From Thermoplasmatota archaeon (GTDB taxonomy: Archaea > Thermoplasmatota > E2 > JACPAO01 > JAHFTW01), in assembly GCA_041636435.1 (NCBI GenBank), contig JBFKTF010000001.1:1-37138 (forward strand): a stretch of DNA of 37,138 nucleotides, in the 5' to 3' direction. The position numbers were made by a program, and so were the translations under genes. The stretch's first letter is position 1. Every line of letters begins with the position of its first letter. Of this stretch, positions 8,432-17,222 are shown in pieces. The notes beneath the pieces are model-generated. The model had not been told where the DNA came from. It did no database searches and worked only from the letters and a program-made list of their open reading frames with translations.

Positions 8432-11154
8432 ACCCGACCCTGACCAACCAGCCGAAGAAGATCGGCTACATGGAATTCGGCCTGCTCAGTCCGAAGGAAG
8501 TGCGCGGCCTGTCCGCCACGAAGATCATCACCGCCGACACGTACGACGACGATGGCTTCCCCATCGAGATGGGCCTGATGGACCCCCGCCTGGGTGTCAT
8601 CGAACCCGGTCTGCGCTGCAAGACGTGCGGCCAGAAGGTCGGCGACTGCCCCGGTCACTTTGGTCACATCGACCTGGCCATGCCGGTCATCCACGTCGGC
8701 TTCGTCAAGACGATCCGCGACATCCTGCGCAGCACGGACCGCGCCACTGGCCGCCTGCTACTCAGCGACCGCGCCCGCGAGGAGTACGAGAAGGAACTGA
8801 TGCAGCTCTTGAACGAGGGCCGCGACACCAGCATCCTGACCAAGCGCCTCGTCAAGGAGTGCAGCAACGTCACCGTCAGCCCCCACTCGGGCCGCGAGCA
8901 CGGTGCCATCGATGTCGACAAGCCCACGACGTTCCGCGAGAACGGCCACAAGATGACCCCCAGCGAGGTCCGCGAGTGGCTCGAGAAGGTCCCCGATGAG
9001 GACCTTCCCCTGCTGGGCATCAACCCCAACGTGTGCCGCCCCGAATGGATGGTCCTGACCGTCCTGCCGGTGCCCCCGGTCACCATGCGCCCCAGCATCA
9101 CGCTGGAATCCGGCGAGCGCTCCGAGGACGACTTGACCCACAAGCTGGTCGACGTCATCCGCATCAACCAGCGCCTCCAGGAGAACCGTGACGCCGGTGC
9201 GCCGCAGCTCATCGTCGAGGACTTGTGGGAACTGTTGCAGTACCACATCACGACGTACTTCGACAACCAGACCGCCGGCATCCCGCCTGCCCGCCACCGC
9301 TCCGGTCGTCCCCTCAAGACGATCAGCCAGCGCCTGAAGGGCAAGGAAGGTCGCTTCCGCAGCAACCTGTCGGGTAAGCGTGTCAACTTCTCGGCTCGTA
9401 CCGTCATCAGTCCCGACCCGAACCTCAGCATCAACGAGGTCGGCTGCCCCATCCAGTGCGCCCGCGAACTGACGGTCCCCGTCCGCGTGACGCCCGCCAA
9501 CTTCGCGTACTGCCAGGAACTCATCCTGCGCGGTCCCGAACCCGAGGCGCCCCCGGGCCGTCTGTACATCCCCGGTGTCAACTACGTCAACCGCGCCGAT
9601 GGCCGCCGTGTCAAGGTGACGGACAAGAACAAGGACGAAGTGGCCAAGCGCATCGAAGTCGGTGCCAAGGTGGAGCGCCAACTCGACGACGGCGACGTCG
9701 TCCTGTTCAACCGGCAGCCCACCCTGCACCGCATGTCGATGATGGCCCACAAGGTCCGCGTCATGCCCGGCAAGACGTTCCGCTTCAACCTGCCCTGCTG
9801 TCCTCCGTACAACGCCGACTTCGACGGCGACGAGATGAACATGCACATCTTGCAGGGTGAAGAGGCCCGCGCCGAAGCAGAGATCCTGATGAAGGTGCAG
9901 GAGAACATCCGTTCCCCGCGCTTTGGTGGCCCCATCATCGGCGCCATTCACGACCACATCTCCGGGAACTTCCTGCTGACGTGGAACTACTTCAACAAGG
10001 ACGCCAAGGGCGCCAAGCTGCCCCTCCAGGACGCCACGCAGGTGCTCGCCCGCGTCGGCTTCAAGGGCGCCACGCCCCCAATCCACGAGGAGAAGCACCC
10101 CAAGACCGGCGAGACCATCCGCTACGTCTGGGGCAAGGACCTGTTCAGCACCCTCCTGCCCGATGACCTCAACCTCAGCTACCGTGGCGCGGCCTGCCCG
10201 CCCGGCATGTCCGAGGAAGAGGCCCGCAAGCCGGAGAACGACTACTGGGTCGTCATCGAAGACGGTGTCCTGGTGAGCGGTGGCATCGACGAGAAGTCGA
10301 TCGCCAGCTTCAAGGGCACTGTCCTTGACCACATCGCGCGCCGCTACGGCAACGCCCGCGCCCGCGAGTTCCTCGACAAGGTCACCAAGATCGGCAACGG
10401 CTTCCTGACCCTGCGCGGCTTCTCCACCAGCATCGACGACGAAGACATCAGCGACCAGGCCCGCGCGGACATCGACAAGAAGGCCGATGACACCCGCAAG
10501 CGCGTCGAAGAACTGGTGCAGCAGTACGAGGAAGGCACCCTCCAGTCCCTCCCCGGCCGCACCGTCGAAGAAACCCTCGAAATGGAGATCATGCGCGAAA
10601 CGGGCCAGGCCCGTGACGCTGCTGGTGAAGTGGTGGCCACCCAGGTCGGTATGACCAACTCGGCTGTCCTGATGGCTCGCTGTGGTGCACGTGGTTCCAT
10701 GCTGAACCTGTCCCAGATGGCCGGCATGGTCGGCCAACAGGCTGTCCGCGGTGAGCGCATCAAGCGCGGCTACCACAAGCGCACCCTGCCCCACTTCCGC
10801 TGGGGCGACCTGGGTGCCAACGCCAAGGGCTTCGTGGCCAACTCCTACAAGACCGGCCTCACGCCGACCGAGTACTTCTTCCACTCCATGGGTGGCCGTG
10901 AAGGTCTCGTCGACACCGCCGTTCGTACCAGCCGCTCGGGCTACATGCAGCGCCGTCTGATCAACGCCCTGGAAGACCTGAAGGTCGCCCAGGACGGCAG
11001 CGTGCGCAACACCGCGGGCACCGTCATCCAATTCACCTACGGTGAGGATGGCATCGACCCCACCCGCAGCGCCGGTGGCGACCCCATCGACTACGAGCAC
11101 GTCTTCAACTCCGTGCAAAGTGGCAAGGCCGCCAAGAAGGGAGGAAAGAACTGA
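8428..11154 (+). CDS. rpoA1: DNA-directed RNA polymerase subunit A' (Rpo1N)
   Basis: 908 aa. Zinc motifs [17 protein letters not shown] and the catalytic [13 protein letters not shown]. The TTG start overlaps the rpoB TGA (TTGA). Confidence 0.97.
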   Translation: MNPTLTNQPKKIGYMEFGLLSPKEVRGLSATKIITADTYDDDGFPIEMGLMDPRLGVIEPGLRCKTCGQKVGDCPGHFGHIDLAMPVIHVGFVKTIRDILRSTDRATGRLLLSDRAREEYEKELMQLLNEGRDTSILTKRLVKECSNVTVSPHSGREHGAIDVDKPTTFRENGHKMTPSEVREWLEKVPDEDLPLLGINPNVCRPEWMVLTVLPVPPVTMRPSITLESGERSEDDLTHKLVDVIRINQRLQENRDAGAPQLIVEDLWELLQYHITTYFDNQTAGIPPARHRSGRPLKTISQRLKGKEGRFRSNLSGKRVNFSARTVISPDPNLSINEVGCPIQCARELTVPVRVTPANFAYCQELILRGPEPEAPPGRLYIPGVNYVNRADGRRVKVTDKNKDEVAKRIEVGAKVERQLDDGDVVLFNRQPTLHRMSMMAHKVRVMPGKTFRFNLPCCPPYNADFDGDEMNMHILQGEEARAEAEILMKVQENIRSPRFGGPIIGAIHDHISGNFLLTWNYFNKDAKGAKLPLQDATQVLARVGFKGATPPIHEEKHPKTGETIRYVWGKDLFSTLLPDDLNLSYRGAACPPGMSEEEARKPENDYWVVIEDGVLVSGGIDEKSIASFKGTVLDHIARRYGNARAREFLDKVTKIGNGFLTLRGFSTSIDDEDISDQARADIDKKADDTRKRVEELVQQYEEGTLQSLPGRTVEETLEMEIMRETGQARDAAGEVVATQVGMTNSAVLMARCGARGSMLNLSQMAGMVGQQAVRGERIKRGYHKRTLPHFRWGDLGANAKGFVANSYKTGLTPTEYFFHSMGGREGLVDTAVRTSRSGYMQRRLINALEDLKVAQDGSVRNTAGTVIQFTYGEDGIDPTRSAGGDPIDYEHVFNSVQSGKAAKKGGKN

Positions 11155-12749
11155 TGGCTTCCGCACAGACGATCAAGTCGTACGTCAACACGTACGCCTT
11201 CGACCAGGACACCGCCGAACGCCTCGCCGAGCACTTCACCGTCACCAAGGCCAAGGCCGCGACGAAGAAGGACTTCATGGACGCCGGCTTCACCGGCAAC
11301 GAAGTCGAAGAAATCCTCCTGAAGCTGCAGAAGGGCAAGCGTGAAGCCGCCGCCCGCCGCGGCCGCCGCCGCGTCGTCGAGGACACCCGCGACTTCGAAG
11401 CGACCCTGGAATACGTCGACGACCGCGAACCGGATCTGCTGAAGCTCGACCAAGAGGCCGAAGCCTACATCGAGAAGATCGGTGGCTGGATTCCCAACGG
11501 CGTCGTCCGCACCCTCATCGACAAGTGCCAAGACCGCGGCTTCACCAAGAAGCAGCGCGAACAGGTGCTCGACCTGGCCTGGGAAGAATACGCCCGCAGC
11601 TCCGTGGACGCCACGGAAGCCGCCGGCATCGTCTCCGCCCAGAGCATGGGTGAGCCCGGCACGCAGATGACCATGCGCACGTTCCACTTCGCCGGTGTGG
11701 CGGAGATCAACGTGACCCTGGGTCTGCCCCGTCTCATTGAGATCGTGGACGCCCGTCGCCAACCCTCCACGCCCACCATGAGCATCTTCCTCGAAGAAGG
11801 CGTCAAGGCGGACCGCAAGAAGGCGACCGCCATCGCCAACCAAATCGAGACCACGACGCTCCTGGACATCGCCGACATCGACAGCGACCTCGGTACCCTC
11901 GAGATCCACGTCGTGCCCAACAAGGAGCTGATGAACGAGAAGGACGTCACCATGGAGGAGGTCTTCGAGGCCTGCCGCCGCGTCCGCAAGATTCAGCCCA
12001 AGTGGGAAGAAGGCGAAGACGAAGTGCTCGTCACCCTCGGTGAACCCAACTACAAGAACCTGCAAAAGGCCGTCGAGGACCTGCGCAAGGTGAAGGTCAA
12101 GGGCATCGACGGCATCACGCGCCTCGTCATCCGCAAGGACGAGAAGGAAGGCGGCTACATTCTGTACTCGGAAGGCAGCAACCTCCGCGAAATCCTCGAA
12201 CTCGAAGGCGTCGACCGCAGCCGCGTCAAGACCAACGACATCCTGCAAATCCAGGATGTCCTGGGCATCGAAGCGGCCCGCGTCGCCATCATGAGCGAAG
12301 CCTACGACACGCTGGCTGGCCAGGGTCTCCAAGTGGACCAGCGCCACCTGATGCTCGTGGCCGACGTCATGACCGCCGACGGTGACGTGAAGGCAATCGG
12401 TCGCCAAGGTGTCTCTGGACAGAAGTCCAGCATCCTGGCCCGCGCCGCCTTCGAAATCACCGTGGACCACCTGCTGACTGCTGGCATGATTGGTGAAATC
12501 GACCCCCTCAACGGTGTGGCCGAGAACATCATCGTCGGCCAGCCCGTCAACCTGGGTACTGGCGCCGTCCGCCTCGCCGTGGACAGCGACAAGCTCCAGG
12601 AGCTCCGCAAGACCATGCCGGAGCCCAAGAACACGATCCCCGAACCCGAAGAAGAAGAGTTCGAGGACGCCTTCGCCCAAATGGTGGGTGGCGGCACGGA
12701 CGCCTCGCCCGAAGATGAGGCAGAAACTCCCGAAGAAACGGAGGCCTAA
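11154..12749 (+). CDS. rpoA2: DNA-directed RNA polymerase subunit A'' (Rpo1C) with an N-terminal extension of about 95 aa and an acidic C-terminal tail
   Basis: 531 aa. Contains [22 protein letters not shown] and a conserved C-terminal core. The ATG overlaps the rpoA1 TGA (TGATG), with GGGAGG 9 nt upstream. Confidence 0.95.
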   Translation: MASAQTIKSYVNTYAFDQDTAERLAEHFTVTKAKAATKKDFMDAGFTGNEVEEILLKLQKGKREAAARRGRRRVVEDTRDFEATLEYVDDREPDLLKLDQEAEAYIEKIGGWIPNGVVRTLIDKCQDRGFTKKQREQVLDLAWEEYARSSVDATEAAGIVSAQSMGEPGTQMTMRTFHFAGVAEINVTLGLPRLIEIVDARRQPSTPTMSIFLEEGVKADRKKATAIANQIETTTLLDIADIDSDLGTLEIHVVPNKELMNEKDVTMEEVFEACRRVRKIQPKWEEGEDEVLVTLGEPNYKNLQKAVEDLRKVKVKGIDGITRLVIRKDEKEGGYILYSEGSNLREILELEGVDRSRVKTNDILQIQDVLGIEAARVAIMSEAYDTLAGQGLQVDQRHLMLVADVMTADGDVKAIGRQGVSGQKSSILARAAFEITVDHLLTAGMIGEIDPLNGVAENIIVGQPVNLGTGAVRLAVDSDKLQELRKTMPEPKNTIPEPEEEEFEDAFAQMVGGGTDASPEDEAETPEETEA

Positions 12750-12751
12750 AC

Positions 12752-13042
12752 ATGGACGTACAACGCAGCCTGAGAACCGCCGTCGCCAGTGGCAATGTGC
12801 TCATCGGAGCCGACCAAGCCAACAAGGCGATCGGTCGCGGGGAGGCCAAACTGGTCATCCTTGCGAACAACTGTCCCGCCGGGGATGACATCCGCCAGTC
12901 CGCCAAGGACAAGCGCGTCCCCGTCTACGACTTCGCCGGCATGGGAACCCAACTGGGTCCCGCATGCGGCAAGCCGTTCGCCATCTCTGCCCTCGCCGTC
13001 ATCGACGCCGGCGAATCCGACATCCTGCAGCTGACGAAGTAA
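12752..13042 (+). CDS. rpl30e: Ribosomal protein eL30 (L30e)
   Basis: 96 aa. GNVLIGADQANKAIGRGEAKLVILANNCP...VPVYDF fits the L30e/L7Ae fold pattern. GGAGG 7 nt upstream. Canonical position after rpoA2. Confidence 0.9.
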   Translation: MDVQRSLRTAVASGNVLIGADQANKAIGRGEAKLVILANNCPAGDDIRQSAKDKRVPVYDFAGMGTQLGPACGKPFAISALAVIDAGESDILQLTK

Positions 13043-13043
13043 G

Positions 13044-13496
13044 ATGCGCGACCTCGAACTCTCCATGGAGACCATCGGCCTCATCACCGAGGCCGAGAAG
13101 CGCCTGCGCGCCCGCATCGTCGACGCCATCGACGAAGGCGAACGCGTCGTGTTCGTGACCGCCAAGGGCCACCTCGGCCAGGCGCTCGGCAAGGAGGCCA
13201 AGAACCTGGAGATGATGCGCCAACTTCTGAAGAAGGACGTCAAGTTCGTGGAATACGACGAGGACCAGCAGGTCTTCGTCCGCAACCTGTTCAAGCCGTT
13301 CGACCTCAGCTCCATCCGCATGGAGACTGGCGGCACCACCACCGATGATGGCGAGGAGCGCATCCGCACCCGCGCCATCGTCGAAGTGGAGGCCAAGGAC
13401 AAGGGCAAGGCCATCGGCAAGGGCGGCCGGAACATCAGTTCCATCCGCCACATCGCCAAGCGCCACCACGACATCGACGAAGTGCAAGTCATCTGA
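13044..13496 (+). CDS. nusA: Archaeal NusA-like protein (two KH domains)
   Basis: 150 aa with GQALGKEAKNLEMM and GKAIGKGGRNISSI KH-type GXXG loops. Canonical position after rpl30e. Confidence 0.88.
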   Translation: MRDLELSMETIGLITEAEKRLRARIVDAIDEGERVVFVTAKGHLGQALGKEAKNLEMMRQLLKKDVKFVEYDEDQQVFVRNLFKPFDLSSIRMETGGTTTDDGEERIRTRAIVEVEAKDKGKAIGKGGRNISSIRHIAKRHHDIDEVQVI

Positions 13497-13574
13497 GCAC
13501 GGCTCAGGACCGCACGCGTCGACGCCCGCGGACACTTCGCGGACACCGGGCTGGCGCCCGGGGTCTGCGTTCGG

Positions 13575-13598
13575 ATTCTTTCTCCTTTCTTCCTTTGA
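13575..13598 (+). terminator. Pyrimidine/T-rich tract downstream of nusA, candidate operon terminator
   Basis: GATTCTTTCTCCTTTCTTCCTTTGAAC is the only T-rich stretch in the 105-nt convergent gap between the nusA stop and the stop of the next minus-strand gene. Confidence 0.3.
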
Positions 13599-13601
13599 AC
13601 T

Positions 13602-14531
13602 CTACGCGTCGGGGTGGTATTCCCCGTCGGCTTGGAGCGTCCAGCCTTCGGGCGGAGCGTGATTGAAGAAGCCGCTGGCATAGAGCGAGTACTTCTGCTG
13701 CAACACGACGCCGGGGCCCACGGCCGTGCCGGGAATGCACCCCTGGTAGCAGCCGGGGAACACGGTGGCGCGGAAGCCGCCGGGGAATCCGGTTTCATTG
13801 AGGCCGGCACCCCCGCCACCGGTGCCGTCGCCGTTGTCGCACACCGCCTCGCGGGTCACGGTGCACACCAGGGGGCTGGGCCCCCAGACGTTGCCCACCC
13901 GTTGGCTCTCGCCGCCATCGGGCGCCGCGACGTATGCGATGATGCCCAGGTCGCGGCCGGTTTCCTGGGTCTGGGTCCACACGATTTCGGCTTGGAGGAC
14001 TTCGGGCATGACGTCGGTGCCGAAGTCGATGACCTCGTTGCGATCGGGGTCGCCAAGGGACGAGCACATGTTGGGGAAGACAATCCACATGACGAACGCG
14101 CAGCCGATGTACCCGTCGAATGCGGAGAACACGCTGAACGGTTCGCTGCCTGGGATGCGTTGGACCATGACGCGGAGCACGTCGGGTTTGGCGACGCCCG
14201 CCTCGACTTGGGTGCTGGTCTGGACCTTGGCGTAGCCTGGCTTCGTGACCTCCACGAAGTAGCTGCCCGGCTCCAGATCCAAGAACAGGAAGGTGCCGTC
14301 CGCGCCCGTCACCACGGCTTGATCATGGCCGACCAGGGTGGCGGTTGCGCCTTCGATGGGCGTGATGGCCTCGTCGATGATGACACCGCGAATGACGCCC
14401 TTGTCGTCCTGCACGTCATCCGGCTCCACCGTGGGTCCGCAGTGCTCCATGCAGTCGGCAATCGGCTCCGGTGCCCCGGCGCATCCAGCAAGACTGGCGA
14501 CGAGGAGCATGGCGATGACGGGCGTGCGCAT
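13602..14531 (-). CDS. Paralogous lipoprotein P1: lipobox, CarboxypepD_reg-like beta-sandwich, unknown Cys-containing C-terminal domain
   Basis: MRTPVIAMLLVASLAGC; GVIRGVIIDEAITPIEGATATL...GADGTFLFLDLEPGSYFVEVTKPGYAKVQTSTQVEAG; C-terminal QAEIVWTQTQ...GCIPGTAVGPGVVLQQ...FFNHAPPEGWTLQADGEY. Confidence 0.8.
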   Translation of the reverse strand: MRTPVIAMLLVASLAGCAGAPEPIADCMEHCGPTVEPDDVQDDKGVIRGVIIDEAITPIEGATATLVGHDQAVVTGADGTFLFLDLEPGSYFVEVTKPGYAKVQTSTQVEAGVAKPDVLRVMVQRIPGSEPFSVFSAFDGYIGCAFVMWIVFPNMCSSLGDPDRNEVIDFGTDVMPEVLQAEIVWTQTQETGRDLGIIAYVAAPDGGESQRVGNVWGPSPLVCTVTREAVCDNGDGTGGGGAGLNETGFPGGFRATVFPGCYQGCIPGTAVGPGVVLQQKYSLYASGFFNHAPPEGWTLQADGEYHPDA

Positions 14532-14577
14532 GCCCAGTCACCGGTCTTGGCGTCACTTGAGCCTTGTGGGCCTTGCC

Positions 14578-15477
14578 TCAGGAGGGCACAGGGTATTCGC
14601 CGTCCTTCTCGAAGGTCCAGCTTTCGTCGGGGTCGATGTTCCAGAACATGGTGACGTAGCCCACGAATGGTTGGTCCAACGTCGCGCCGGTCGCGAAGGC
14701 CGGGCCATCGGCGCTGACATCCACGCCGACCCACCATTGATCCAGGCTGTCTTTGCCGAAGTTGGCTTTGGCTTGGTCCATGAAACCAGCGGGCGTGCGG
14801 ATGACGGCGGGGCTCTGGTAGGTGCCTTCGCCCCAGCGTTCGCCGGCGGCGATGGTGCCGGGGCAACTCTCGTAGTTCTCCGGCGGGCAGAGGCTTTGGA
14901 TCAGGTACAGGTTTTCGCTGGCCGGCTGGGTGTTCTTCCAAATGATCTCCACTTGGATCCAGTCGGGCTCCCCGTTGACGATGTACTCCAGGTGGTAGTC
15001 GTCCTCCTTGCCCAGTTCTTCGCCACAGTAGCCGTAGGTGATGGGGACGCCCCAACCACAAGCCACGAAGCCCTCGTCCTTGAACGTAATCGCCGCGGGC
15101 TCCGTGCCCGGGATGGGCAGCATCTGGATGCGCACGGCGGGCGGGTTGGCGATGTCGGCTTCGACGATGGTCGACTGTTGGATGCTGCCCCAGCCGGGCT
15201 TGCTGGCCAACAGGAAGTAAGCGCCCGGGTCCAAGTCAACGAACGTGAACGTGCCATCGGGCCCGGTGACGGCTTCCTCGCCGCTCTCTTGGACCTCGAC
15301 GGTGACGCCCTCGATGGGTTGCACGGTGCCATCGATGACCACGCCACGGATGGCGCCCTTGCCGGCCGCCACGCGGTCAATCTGTGGCACGTCGTCCTCT
15401 TCCTCGGTGGCCGGGGCATCCCCGGCGCAGCCTGCCAGGACGACGGAGAGGACGATGGCGGCAGCTAGGATTCGCAT
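14578..15477 (-). CDS. Paralogous lipoprotein P2 (same family)
   Basis: From ATG 15477: MRILAAAIVLSVVLAGC; GAIRGVVIDGTVQPIEGVTVEV...GPDGTFTFVDLDPGAYFL; QVEIIWKNTQPASENLYLI; FWNIDPDESWTFEKDGEY. The 14 codons upstream in the track ORF are unsupported. Confidence 0.8.
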   Translation of the reverse strand: MRILAAAIVLSVVLAGCAGDAPATEEEDDVPQIDRVAAGKGAIRGVVIDGTVQPIEGVTVEVQESGEEAVTGPDGTFTFVDLDPGAYFLLASKPGWGSIQQSTIVEADIANPPAVRIQMLPIPGTEPAAITFKDEGFVACGWGVPITYGYCGEELGKEDDYHLEYIVNGEPDWIQVEIIWKNTQPASENLYLIQSLCPPENYESCPGTIAAGERWGEGTYQSPAVIRTPAGFMDQAKANFGKDSLDQWWVGVDVSADGPAFATGATLDQPFVGYVTMFWNIDPDESWTFEKDGEYPVPS

Positions 15478-15483
15478 AGGTTC

Positions 15484-16293
15484 ATGTTCTCGTTGCGCCA
15501 AGAAAACCGCTCCGGCCACGTCCTGAAAGCCTCATGGGGGCAATGGCCGCCCATCCCCTGGCTTGGCAAACCCCTAAGCCACGGCATCGGTGGGCCGCCT
15601 GTGTCCCGCTCCGTCCAGGAGATGTTCGGCCGCATCGCGCCCAAGTACGACCGCGCCAACACGGTGCTCAGCATGGGCCAGGACCGCTCCTGGCGCCGCC
15701 TGGCCGTCCGCATGGCCGACGTGCAACGCGGCGACCACGTCTTGGACGTCGCCTGCGGCACGGGCCCATTGAGTCGGGCGTTGGCCAAGGCCGTGCGCCC
15801 GGACGGCTCCGTCATTGGCGTGGACTTCACCCAAGGGATGCTGGACGTCGCCACCAAGCGCGGCGGCCGCCCCGAGGATGCGCCCATCATGTACCAATGG
15901 GCGGACGCCCAGGAGTTGCCCTTCGAGGACAATCGCTTCGATGCGGCCACCATCGCGTTCGACATCCGCAACGTGGATGACCCCGGCAAGGGCGTGGCCG
16001 AAATGCACCGCGTCGTCAAGCCTGGCGGCCGCGTCGTGGTCTTGGAGTTCGGCCAGCCCAAGGGGCCCGTGGGCGTCGGTTACCGCACGTACGCCCGCCA
16101 CGTCATGCCCCGCATCGGCGGCATGCTCACCGGCGACCGCAAGGCGTACGAGTACCTGCCCCGCACGGCGGCTGCCTTCCCGGCGGGCAAGGACTTCGTG
16201 GACCTGATGGAACGCTCGGCCGCATGGGGTGGCGTCCGGGCGCGCCGCCGCATGGGCGGCTTGGTTTGGTGCTACGCTGGCACCGTCGCCTAG
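15484..16293 (+). CDS. ubiE: Demethylmenaquinone methyltransferase (UbiE/MenG family)
   Basis: FGRIAPKYDRANTVLSMGQDRSWRR, SAM motif VLDVACGTG, and RVVVLEFGQP...YLPRTAAAFP. The start is uncertain: in-frame GTG 15601 (GGTGG upstream, giving 230 aa) or ATG 15622 are as plausible as ATG 15484. Confidence 0.85.
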   Translation: MFSLRQENRSGHVLKASWGQWPPIPWLGKPLSHGIGGPPVSRSVQEMFGRIAPKYDRANTVLSMGQDRSWRRLAVRMADVQRGDHVLDVACGTGPLSRALAKAVRPDGSVIGVDFTQGMLDVATKRGGRPEDAPIMYQWADAQELPFEDNRFDAATIAFDIRNVDDPGKGVAEMHRVVKPGGRVVVLEFGQPKGPVGVGYRTYARHVMPRIGGMLTGDRKAYEYLPRTAAAFPAGKDFVDLMERSAAWGGVRARRRMGGLVWCYAGTVA

Positions 16294-17126
16294 GGGACGT
16301 ACTCGCCGTCGGCGATGAAGCTCCACTCGGGGTCCGGTTCGGGGATGTTGTAGAAGAACGTCCCATAGACCTGGAATGGTTGGTCCAGCGCCACGCCCGT
16401 GCCATTGGCCGGGCCGCCGGGGCTCGCCCAGACGCCCAGCTGCATGCTGGTGCGGTTGTCGCCCGTCGTGCGGGCAATGTGGGGGCTGGAGAAGATGCCC
16501 TCACTGAAGCGGCCATCGAAGCCCCAGTCGCAGGGGTCGCCGCAGATCTTGGAGATGAGGTAGAGTTCGTTGCCGGCGGGCTGCGTGGACTTCCATTGCA
16601 CTTCCACTTGGACGTGGTCCGGGTTGCCGCCGTAGGGGATCGTGACCTGGCTCTTGTCTTGGTCGTCGAGGCCGGGGCATTGGTGGATGGTCAGGGGCGT
16701 GCCGGCACCGCATTGGACGAAGCCTTCGGCGGTGAACGTCATGGCGCTTGGGAGGCTCTCGGGGTAGAACTCGAGCATGACGCGCACGATGTCGGGCTTG
16801 GCCACGTCGGCGACCACGAGCACGCTTTGCTGGACGCGGCTCCAGCCGGTCTTCTCGATGGTGATGAAGTGGTTGCCGGGCTCGACGTCGACGAACTGGA
16901 ACGCGCCATCGTCGCTGGAAAGAATCGATTCGCCGCCTTGCAGCGTCACGGTGGCCTCGGGGACCGGCACAATGCTGGTGTCGACGACGACGCCGCGGAT
17001 GACGCCCAAGCCGCTGCCGACGTTGGCTGGCTCGTCGAAGAGGTCTTCTTCGGGGTCAACGGGGGCGTTCTCGGCGCAGCCGGCAAAGCCGATGGCGAGC
17101 AGGAGCAGGGCGGCGAGGAGGCGCAT
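16290..17126 (-). CDS. Paralogous lipoprotein P3 (same family)
   Basis: From ATG 17126: MRLLAALLLLAIGFAGC; GVIRGVVVDTSIVPVPEATVTL...DDGAFQFVDVEPGNHFI; QVEVQWKSTQPAGNELYLI; FYNIPEPDPEWSFIADGEY. Confidence 0.8.
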   Translation of the reverse strand: MRLLAALLLLAIGFAGCAENAPVDPEEDLFDEPANVGSGLGVIRGVVVDTSIVPVPEATVTLQGGESILSSDDGAFQFVDVEPGNHFITIEKTGWSRVQQSVLVVADVAKPDIVRVMLEFYPESLPSAMTFTAEGFVQCGAGTPLTIHQCPGLDDQDKSQVTIPYGGNPDHVQVEVQWKSTQPAGNELYLISKICGDPCDWGFDGRFSEGIFSSPHIARTTGDNRTSMQLGVWASPGGPANGTGVALDQPFQVYGTFFYNIPEPDPEWSFIADGEYVP

Positions 17127-17222
17127 CGGTCCAGTACGGCGCTGCCGGGGCATGAAGCATTGGGTGGTCGGGGCCATGGCACTGCGACAAACGCATCCAG
17201 GATAAGGATTCCGTGGAATCAG

